DNA from: Pseudomonadota bacterium
GTDB taxonomy: Bacteria; Desulfobacterota; S145-22
NCBI GenBank assembly: GCA_015493505.1
Contig: WGDA01000005.1
Span: 8,525 to 72,524, forward strand
Length of the DNA: 64,000 bases
Direction: 5' to 3'
The notes beneath the pieces were generated by a model. The model saw nothing but the letters and a program-made list of their open reading frames with translations. It was not told where the DNA came from and searched no databases. This document shows positions 57,019 through 64,000 of the stretch, in pieces (the first letter of the stretch is position 1; every line of letters begins with the position of its first letter). The position numbers were made by a program, and so were the translations under genes.

Positions 57019-60000
57019 ATGATTTCCATCGGAATTGATATTGGGTCTGTGAGTACGGATGTCGTTGTAATTGATGACCAGGGAAAGATCCTGGACGATC
57101 GATATATCCGTAATTTCGGGAAACCACTTCAGGCAACGCTGGACACCCTGTCAGAGTTGCTCGAGACATACGGGCCGGAGAACATCGAACGCGTAAGTTT
57201 CACCGGCACGGGTGGCAAGCTGGTGGCCCGTCTGAGCAAGGGGTTTTTCGTCAACGAAATCATCGCCCAGGCCAAGGCGGTTACCACCCTTTACCCGCAG
57301 GCGCGAACCATCATGGACATCGGAGGGGAGGACTCAAAGCTCATTCACCTGGAAGAAGAAAACGGAGTCGTCAAGATTCGTGATTTTTCCATGAATACCC
57401 TCTGTGCCGCGGGAACAGGCTCTTTTCTCGATCAACAGGCCACCCGCCTGGGATACAAGATTGAAGACCTGGGCGAGATCGCGCTTCAGTCGGAAAATCC
57501 CCCCCGCATCGCGGGACGATGCAGCGTGTTCGCCAAATCGGACATGATACACCTCCAGCAGATCGCCACGCCAGACAAAGACATCCTCGCGGGCCTCTGT
57601 TACGCCCTCGCGAGAAACTTCAAGAGCAGCATCGGCAAGGGAGAAGAATTCGTCCGTCCCATCGTGTTTCAGGGCGGTGTCGCGGCCAATCCCGCCATGC
57701 GGAAGGCCTTTCTGGATGTCCTGGAACTCGAAGACAATGAACTGATTATTCCGGAGCATTTCACCGCCATGGGTGCCATTGGTGCCGTCTTCCAGGCCCG
57801 GCAGGAGGGGGTCACAACCGGCGCCCCGGACCTGGAAGCCATCCGCGCGTATATTTCCCAGAGTGAACGCGAGGACAACCCTCTTAAACCTCTTTCCCTC
57901 TCCTCTCTTCACACAAAACAGGAATCCTCCCCAAAACCCTCTCTGGGTAAAAAGAAAATCCGTGGTTATCTCGGACTCGACGTGGGCTCCATCAGCACCA
58001 ACCTGGTGGTGCTCGATGAGAACCTGAACCTGATTACCAAACGATACCTAATGACCGCCGGGAAACCCATCGACGCCGTCCGAACCGGCCTGAAATCCAT
58101 TGGGGAAGAACTGGGTGACCGGGTCGAAATCATCGGAGCCGCCACAACCGGTTCCGGCCGGTACCTGACAGGTGATTACGTGGGAGCGGACGTGGTCCGG
58201 AACGAAATTACCGCCCAGGCGACGGCGGCCATCCATATCGATCCGGAGGTGGACACTGTCTTCGAGATTGGTGGGCAGGACTCCAAATACATCAGCATCG
58301 ATGATGGTGTGGTGGTCGATTTTGAGATGAACAAGTCATGCGCCGCAGGCACCGGCTCCTTCCTGGAAGAGCAGGCGGAACGACTGGGAATCTCCATCAA
58401 GAAGGAGTTCAGCGAGCTGGCCCTCTCGGCGAAAAGGCCCGTCAGGATGGGAGAACGTTGTACGGTCTTCATCGGTTCCGACCTGGTGCATCACCAGCAG
58501 CAGGGCGCGCAAACGGACGACCTGGTGGCGGGACTTTCCTATTCCATCGTCCTGAACTACCTGAACCGGGTGGTTGGTGACCGGAGAATCGGCAAGAAAA
58601 TCTTTTTTCAGGGGGGAACGGCCTTCAACAAAGGGGTCGTGGCGGCCTTTGAAAAGATTGTGGGACAGCCCATCGTGGTTCCACCCAACCATGATGTCAC
58701 GGGAGCCATCGGTGCCGCCATCCTCGCGAAGGAGTACAAGGATCAGCACCCGGGCCCCTCAAATTTCAAGGGATTCGACCTGTCTGAACGCTCTTACACC
58801 ATCAAGACCTTCGAATGTAAGGGGTGCGACAACCGATGCCTCATCCGGCAGGTCAGCATCGAGAACGAACAGCCGCTCTTCTACGGCAGCCGGTGTGAAA
58901 AGTATGATGTGGTCAAGAAAAAGAAACGGGTGGATTTGCCCAACCTGTTTGACGAGCGGGAGACGCTTCTCCTGAACGCCTACGACGGAGACCCGGAAGA
59001 TCCAACGGACCCGAAGGTCATTGGAATCCCCCGCCTGCTTTATTTCAATGAATACTTTCCCTTCTGGCTCACCTTTTTCAAGGCCTTGGGATATACCCCC
59101 ATGATTTCGGCCCCCACACGCCGCGAACTGATACGCAAGGGCGTGGAAGCCGTAGTGGCCGAAACCTGTTTTCCCGTCAAAGTGGCCCATGGGCATGTGA
59201 TCGACCTGTTGGAAAAGGGTGTGGCCAACCTCTTCCTGCCAAGCGTGATCGATCAGCCCCCGCTGGTTAAAGACGCCGTTAACAGCTTCAACTGCCCCTA
59301 TTCCCAGACCATTCCCTACACCTTTCCCTCCGCCATCAACTTTTCCAAATATCACACCCGGGTCTTGAGCCCCATTATCCGTTTCGGGCAGGGAGAGAAG
59401 GTGCTGAAGGAGGATATGGAAGCGCTTGGGAAGATGTTTGGCATTCCAAAAATCAAGGTCTTTGAAGCCTTTGTAAAGGCATGGGACACCCAGCAGGATT
59501 TCTACGCCAAACTCAAGAAACGGGGAAGGGAAGTCCTGAAACAGTTACGGGAAAAGGACGACCTGGGAATCGTGATTGTGGGACGCCCTTACAACACATG
59601 CGACAGCGGCGTAAATCTGAATATCCCCAAAAAACTTCTGGATCTGGGGGTCCTGCCCATCCCCATGGATTTTCTCGATCTGGAAGACCTCGAATCGTCT
59701 GAGGGAATCCGGGACATCTACTGGAAGTACGGACAGAAAATCCTTGCCACGGCCAAGAAGCTGAAAGGGCGGGATAACCTGTTCGCCCTCTATATCACGA
59801 ATTTTGGCTGCGGGCCGGACTCTTTCATTTCTCATTTTTTCAGGGAGATGAGCAAGGGAAGCCCCTATCTCCAGCTTGAAATTGACGAACACAGCGCGGA
59901 CGCCGGCGCCATCACCCGGTGTGAGGCCTTTTTGGACAGCCTCAGAAACGTGAGAAAGCGCCGGGCGGCCATGAAGCCCGTCCAGTCTGAAACGCCTCAT

Positions 60001-61233
60001 GTGAAAAGGTCCGTGCCCCGCCTGGCCGACCGGGTCATTTATATCCCCCACATGGCTGACCATGCGTACGCCTTTGCGGCGGCTTTCCATGCGTGTGGAC
60101 TCCAGGCGGACGTCTTCCCCGAATCGACCGAGGAGACCCTGGAGTATGGAAGAAAGTATACCACGGGGAAGGAATGTTTCCCCTGTATCGTGACGACGGG
60201 AGACCTCATCCGCATCACCAAGATGCCAGGGTTCGACCCCAAAAAGGTCGCCATTTTCTTCCCTTCCGGATCCGGACCCTGCCGGTATGGCCAGTATCAC
60301 CGCTTTCACCGCCTGCTGCTGGATCAGTTGGGACACAAGGACATCCCCATTTTTGCCCCTGAGCAGGATGAATCCCTGTACGAAGACGTCTCCGCGCTCG
60401 GAAAGAAATTCCGAAGGCTGGGGTGGCAGGGAATCGTGGCCGTGGACCTCCTTTACAAGATGCTCCATGAAACCAGGCCCTACGAAGTGGTCAAGGGTTC
60501 CACGGACGCGGTCTATAAACGCTGCCTGGAAAAGATCTGTGATGACATCCGGAATGAGCGGAACCTGATTGACACGTTTGATGCCATTATCAGCGAATTC
60601 CGGACCATCGAGGTGGACCGCTCCGAGAAGAAACCCCTCATTGGGATCGTGGGGGAAATCTTCGTTCGCCTCAACCGCTTCAGCAACGAGGATGTGATCC
60701 GAAAGGTTGAAGACCTGGGAGGGGAGGTTTGGCTCGCCCCCCTGTCTGAGTGGATATACTATACCAACTTCACGGCCCGGATGAGAAATACCATCAAAAA
60801 GAAGTGGCTGAGCAACCTGAAACTGTCGATTGTGGAGCATTTTCAGAAGAAGGATGAGAAGATGCTCATGAATTTCCTTTCCCGTTACCTGAGAAATTCC
60901 CACGAGCCGGAAACGGAGGAGATTATCGAAAAGGCCTCCGCCTATCTTCACCCAAGTTTCGAGGGCGAGGCGATTTTAAGTGTTGGGAAGGCCATCGACC
61001 TGAAGGATAAAGGGGCGAGCGGGGTCATCAACATCATGCCATTCACCTGTATGCCGGGGACCATTGTCAGCGCCATTCTCAAGCGGTTCAGGGAGGAAAA
61101 TCAGCACTTTCCCATTCTGAACATGGCGTATGACGGGCAGGAACAGACCAACACCATGACCCGATTGGAGGCCTTCATGCATCAGGTGAAGGAATTTCAG
61201 AAACAGACAATCCGTCAATCGCAGGAAAGGTGA
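57019..61233 (+). CDS. Large fusion protein of unknown function. It has two BadF/BadG/BcrA/BcrD-type ATPase (activase) repeats, a Cys4 motif, and two 2-hydroxyacyl-CoA dehydratase (HgdA/HgdB, BcrB/BcrC)-like domains.
   Basis: It is 1404 aa with the RBS GGGAGGAG. The ATPase repeats run aa 1-255 and about aa 316-570, each with DxGSxST, CAAGTG and RCxVFxxSD motifs. CKGCDNRC...C lies at aa 600-626. Dehydratase-family blocks are NFGCGPDSF...EIDEH, GSGPCRYGQY and MPFTCMPG. Confidence 0.85.
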   Translation: MISIGIDIGSVSTDVVVIDDQGKILDDRYIRNFGKPLQATLDTLSELLETYGPENIERVSFTGTGGKLVARLSKGFFVNEIIAQAKAVTTLYPQARTIMDIGGEDSKLIHLEEENGVVKIRDFSMNTLCAAGTGSFLDQQATRLGYKIEDLGEIALQSENPPRIAGRCSVFAKSDMIHLQQIATPDKDILAGLCYALARNFKSSIGKGEEFVRPIVFQGGVAANPAMRKAFLDVLELEDNELIIPEHFTAMGAIGAVFQARQEGVTTGAPDLEAIRAYISQSEREDNPLKPLSLSSLHTKQESSPKPSLGKKKIRGYLGLDVGSISTNLVVLDENLNLITKRYLMTAGKPIDAVRTGLKSIGEELGDRVEIIGAATTGSGRYLTGDYVGADVVRNEITAQATAAIHIDPEVDTVFEIGGQDSKYISIDDGVVVDFEMNKSCAAGTGSFLEEQAERLGISIKKEFSELALSAKRPVRMGERCTVFIGSDLVHHQQQGAQTDDLVAGLSYSIVLNYLNRVVGDRRIGKKIFFQGGTAFNKGVVAAFEKIVGQPIVVPPNHDVTGAIGAAILAKEYKDQHPGPSNFKGFDLSERSYTIKTFECKGCDNRCLIRQVSIENEQPLFYGSRCEKYDVVKKKKRVDLPNLFDERETLLLNAYDGDPEDPTDPKVIGIPRLLYFNEYFPFWLTFFKALGYTPMISAPTRRELIRKGVEAVVAETCFPVKVAHGHVIDLLEKGVANLFLPSVIDQPPLVKDAVNSFNCPYSQTIPYTFPSAINFSKYHTRVLSPIIRFGQGEKVLKEDMEALGKMFGIPKIKVFEAFVKAWDTQQDFYAKLKKRGREVLKQLREKDDLGIVIVGRPYNTCDSGVNLNIPKKLLDLGVLPIPMDFLDLEDLESSEGIRDIYWKYGQKILATAKKLKGRDNLFALYITNFGCGPDSFISHFFREMSKGSPYLQLEIDEHSADAGAITRCEAFLDSLRNVRKRRAAMKPVQSETPHVKRSVPRLADRVIYIPHMADHAYAFAAAFHACGLQADVFPESTEETLEYGRKYTTGKECFPCIVTTGDLIRITKMPGFDPKKVAIFFPSGSGPCRYGQYHRFHRLLLDQLGHKDIPIFAPEQDESLYEDVSALGKKFRRLGWQGIVAVDLLYKMLHETRPYEVVKGSTDAVYKRCLEKICDDIRNERNLIDTFDAIISEFRTIEVDRSEKKPLIGIVGEIFVRLNRFSNEDVIRKVEDLGGEVWLAPLSEWIYYTNFTARMRNTIKKKWLSNLKLSIVEHFQKKDEKMLMNFLSRYLRNSHEPETEEIIEKASAYLHPSFEGEAILSVGKAIDLKDKGASGVINIMPFTCMPGTIVSAILKRFREENQHFPILNMAYDGQEQTNTMTRLEAFMHQVKEFQKQTIRQSQER

Positions 61234-61238
61234 ACTGT

Positions 61239-63359
61239 ATGACAAAAAAAATCGCGTTGGTTCTATGTGTCATCCTGGTGGGGTCTTTCGTTACCGGTTG
61301 TGGGGAATCTTTAATGTTCTGGAAAAAGAAGAAAGAGATTGAGGTCAGCCACCAGAAGCTGCCCCCCTTCAAAACCCTCTTCGAACGAACAGTCGAGATG
61401 TACAATTCCAAGCAGTACAAAGACGCCATCAACTCCTTTCTCTTCCTTCGCGAAAACTATCCTCAAGAGACGGCCTACCAGTCCCGCATCACCCTCTATC
61501 TGGCAGACAGCCATTTCCACCAGAAGGAATACCCGGAAGCCATCGCGAACTATCGGGAATTTATCAAACTTTACCCGACAAGCCCGGATGTTCCCTATGC
61601 CTATTTTCAGATTGGAATGTGTAACTACAAAGAGCGGCGAACCTATGATCGCGATGCCACCTTTGTCCGCAAGGCGATTGAGAATTTCAAGAAGGTGCTC
61701 CAGATCGCCCCGCCCGGCGTGCTGGTCAATGAGTCCATCCGCATGATCGCCCTGTGTCAGCGGGAGCTGGCACTCCATGACCTGTTTATCGCGGATTTTT
61801 ACATGCGGACCCACCACTACAAATCCGCTATTTTCAGGTACGAAGACGTGCTCCATTCCTTCCCCGATTTCAAAATCTATGACAGGGCCCACTTGGGGAT
61901 TGGAAAGGCCTACCTGAAGTTGAAAAAGCGGAATGAGGCCTTTCGCCACCTCAGCTATGTGGCTAAAAATTATCCGAACACCCCTTACGGGAAAGAGGCC
62001 TGGAAACTGCTCCAGAAGGATTTCAAGGTGGCATCTCGTGATCAGTTGCCCGATGTGACCTTCCCTATGGCAAACGTGGCCTCTGCTACGCCGCCGGCAC
62101 CAGCCACAAAACCAGTACCGTCTCCAGCGCCCGAAAAGGCAACCGCCTCGACAAAAACAGCCGGGGGAAAACAGGTAAAAACAAACGCGCCGGCCTCCAC
62201 CACACCTCCCGCCAAGGTCGCCAAAAAACCCGCGCCCGAACCGAAACCGCATACCTATTTCCCGAAAATCACCAAGGTTCAGGAAAAACCTGCTGTTTCC
62301 TCTCCACCCGTCAAGACGGTAAAATCTTCCGAACCGCAAACGAAAGTCGTCAAGACCACGCCGCAGGCGAAGGAGCAGACGCGCAACGGAACCACGTCAA
62401 AAGCCGCGCCGGCACCCAAAACTCCCCCCGTGTCGCCTCCCCTTAAACACGTAAAAAAACCCACTCCGGCGCCTCCCGCGCCGCAACATGTGGCGACCGC
62501 TTCAACGTCTCCCACGCCCCCTACGCCTCACAAAACCGTAACGGCCAAAAAGGTTGCCGTGAAAAAACCCAGCCAACCAAAGCCCGTTAGCGCGGTCCCA
62601 GCCTCTCCAAAGACTCAAGAAACACCCGTGCCCCAAAAGCCCTCCGAGGAAAAGGCAGCGCCTCAAAAACCTGTCCAGGCACCTGCCGCTTCCATGGCCT
62701 CGAAACCCGCTTCACCTGCCCCGCCACCCAAAAAAGCGGCGCAGAAGGCGGCTCCGCCCGCTACCGCCGTTCAAAAGTCTCAACCGCCTACTGGGAAGGC
62801 GACGCCTTCACCGGCTGTAAAGAAGGCTGAAAAAACCCCTTCAAATGTCAAAAAAATGGTGAAGACCGACACCCTGCCTCCCAAAAAGGTGAAACAACCC
62901 TCTTCAGGCCTGGTTGGCGCGCTCGACACCCGAAAACCCATTCATATCACAGCAGACCACGTGGAATCCCAGCAGGGGAAAAATTCCGTTCGGTTCTATG
63001 GGCGGGTTGTGGCGAAGCAGAAAGACGTGACCCTCAAATGCGATGATCTCACGGCGTTTTATACCTCCGGAGGCAAGGCCATCGATAAAATCGTGGCTCA
63101 TGGCCATGTCGTCATCACCCAGCTCAACAAGAAGGTCAAGTGTGGAAAGGCGATATTTTACAACGCCGCGCGAAAGATTATCCTGGAAGACTCCCCCATC
63201 GCCTGGGATGGCAACAACCGCATCAGCGGAAGCAAGATGGTGCTCCTTCTCGACAAGAACGAAATTCAGATTCTCGGGTCAAAAAAGAAGCCCACGGAGC
63301 TTGTAATCTATCCGAATCAAAAACCGGGGTTACTGAAGAGTCCAGCTCAGTCGAAGTAA
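61239..63359 (+). CDS. bamD: Lipoprotein fusing a BamD-like (YfiO) TPR domain to an LptA/OstA-N-like domain through a long Pro/Ala/Lys-rich linker.
   Basis: It has a signal peptide with the lipobox VTGC. The BamD-like TPR region runs to about aa 260 (YKDAINSFLFL..., EYPEAIANYREFI..., YKSAIFRYEDVL...). An approximately 250-aa low-complexity PAK-rich segment follows. The C-terminal LptA-like domain reads PIHITADHVE...GNNRISGSKMVLLLDKNEIQILG. Confidence 0.65.
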   Translation: MTKKIALVLCVILVGSFVTGCGESLMFWKKKKEIEVSHQKLPPFKTLFERTVEMYNSKQYKDAINSFLFLRENYPQETAYQSRITLYLADSHFHQKEYPEAIANYREFIKLYPTSPDVPYAYFQIGMCNYKERRTYDRDATFVRKAIENFKKVLQIAPPGVLVNESIRMIALCQRELALHDLFIADFYMRTHHYKSAIFRYEDVLHSFPDFKIYDRAHLGIGKAYLKLKKRNEAFRHLSYVAKNYPNTPYGKEAWKLLQKDFKVASRDQLPDVTFPMANVASATPPAPATKPVPSPAPEKATASTKTAGGKQVKTNAPASTTPPAKVAKKPAPEPKPHTYFPKITKVQEKPAVSSPPVKTVKSSEPQTKVVKTTPQAKEQTRNGTTSKAAPAPKTPPVSPPLKHVKKPTPAPPAPQHVATASTSPTPPTPHKTVTAKKVAVKKPSQPKPVSAVPASPKTQETPVPQKPSEEKAAPQKPVQAPAASMASKPASPAPPPKKAAQKAAPPATAVQKSQPPTGKATPSPAVKKAEKTPSNVKKMVKTDTLPPKKVKQPSSGLVGALDTRKPIHITADHVESQQGKNSVRFYGRVVAKQKDVTLKCDDLTAFYTSGGKAIDKIVAHGHVVITQLNKKVKCGKAIFYNAARKIILEDSPIAWDGNNRISGSKMVLLLDKNEIQILGSKKKPTELVIYPNQKPGLLKSPAQSK

Positions 63360-64000
63360 GACGCCGCCTTCTTGCCCGTCCGTCACCTCAACCATGGCGG
63401 GGTTGTGCGTGAGGAGGCGTGAAAGGGCGGGGAAGAGTGTCTGTATGTCGGGATCCTGTATCCCGTTCCGAAGCGCCTTGATTTCCTTCTCCGACAGGGC
63501 TGGCAGGGAATCTTCAAAGGAGATGAAAAAGGTTTCTTCCGCCGGAGAATCCACCTCGATCCGAAGCTTTCCCCCCTCCTGAGGGCGCGCCCGTTCGATG
63601 ACGCGGAGAACCCACTCATCCATGAATGAGGTAAAATGAAAGGGTATCCCTTTCACGGGAGGAGTCTGGGGGTTTATCTGGATTTCTTTTTCCAGTTTAT
63701 GCTTGAAAAACATATCCCCCATCCAGAACTGGACGTTTTCCTCAATCAGCGTTCCCACCTGAAAAAGACTGGGGGAGTCCTGCTCTTCCGTGTTGACCTT
63801 CCACATCAGGGTCTCAACGATCTTGGAAATTTTGGAGACCTGTTGCGTAATTTCATCGACGTGTTTCCGGAGTTCTTCCTGCCCCTTCAGTTTTAGGGAA
63901 AGCAGGTCGCTATTCATCATAATCAGGGAAAGGGGCGTCATGATATTATGGCCGATACCAGCCGAAAGCCTGCCAATATGGGCCAGACGCTTTATTCTGT
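63330..64000 (-). CDS. Sensor histidine kinase, C-terminal part. The 5' end lies beyond the window end.
   Basis: The minus-strand translation continues past 63941 without a start codon. The H-box is AHIGRLSAGIGHNIMTPL and is followed by an ATPase-like C-terminus. Confidence 0.55.
   Translation of the reverse strand, partial: RIKRLAHIGRLSAGIGHNIMTPLSLIMMNSDLLSLKLKGQEELRKHVDEITQQVSKISKIVETLMWKVNTEEQDSPSLFQVGTLIEENVQFWMGDMFFKHKLEKEIQINPQTPPVKGIPFHFTSFMDEWVLRVIERARPQEGGKLRIEVDSPAEETFFISFEDSLPALSEKEIKALRNGIQDPDIQTLFPALSRLLTHNPAMVEVTDGQEGGVLLRLSWTLQ

Noticed and set aside
62049-62800. Highly repetitive CCG/AAA-rich DNA that could be mistaken for a tandem-repeat or CRISPR-like array.
   Set aside because: It is in-frame coding sequence for the Pro/Ala/Lys-rich linker of the BamD-LptA-like protein. 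The repeats are irregular and have no spacer-repeat periodicity.

Overview
This 64 kb window is GC-rich (about 58-60 %), gene-dense, chromosomal DNA. The gene content and gene order suggest a deltaproteobacterium (Desulfobacterota / Thermodesulfobacteriota-like); this is an inference from gene content, not a database search. Evidence for that: an F-type ATP synthase sub-operon atpF'-atpF-atpH-atpA-atpG with the a and c subunits absent, a recA-pilT-alaS array, a ligT(thpR)-recA linkage, and a general L-amino-acid ABC transporter.

Most of the window is core housekeeping genes with long same-strand, overlapping gene arrays. These are: the ATP synthase genes; parAB followed by a bactofilin; plsB-rsmE-prmA; a general L-amino-acid ABC transporter (aap-like) and a branched-chain amino-acid ABC transporter (liv-like); cysK; a sirtuin; pfkA; mazG; a DapL-like aminotransferase; lolCDE; lysS; trmO; a LarE-family PP-loop enzyme; alaS; pilT; recA; thpR; ydjM; zapBA; rny-ymdB; an HDOD-GAF / DUF1015 / TrmN6-like operon; psiE; hbd; tatD; and NUDIX and isochorismatase-family genes.

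The most unusual locus is at about 53.9-61.2 kb. It holds a Na+-pumping decarboxylase-like gene set in the order gamma-like, beta, alpha. The gamma-like gene is a 44-aa membrane ORF that is absent from the supplied ORF track. The alpha subunit has only the carboxyltransferase domain and no biotinyl domain. A perfect 16-bp palindromic operator-like site lies in its promoter. This gene set is immediately followed by a 1404-aa single-chain protein. That protein fuses two BadF/BadG/BcrA/BcrD-type activase ATPase repeats, a Cys4 Fe-S-like motif, and two HgdA/HgdB (BcrB/BcrC)-like domains. In effect it is a whole ATP-dependent radical dehydratase / benzoyl-CoA-reductase-like heterotetramer in one chain, and its function is unknown.

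Immediately downstream is a lipoprotein that fuses a BamD-like TPR domain to an LptA/OstA-like domain through an approximately 250-aa Pro/Ala/Lys-rich linker.

Other points of note:
- a NitT/TauT-type ABC permease and ATPase with no binding-protein gene, followed by a 78-aa Cys-containing protein of unknown function;
- a structured 430-bp non-coding region after zapA, in the genomic position occupied by 6S RNA in other proteobacteria;
- a structured AT-rich 470-bp region before the HDOD-GAF gene;
- several perfect inverted repeats in promoter regions.

No rRNA genes, tRNA genes, CRISPR arrays, transposases or integrases were recognised.
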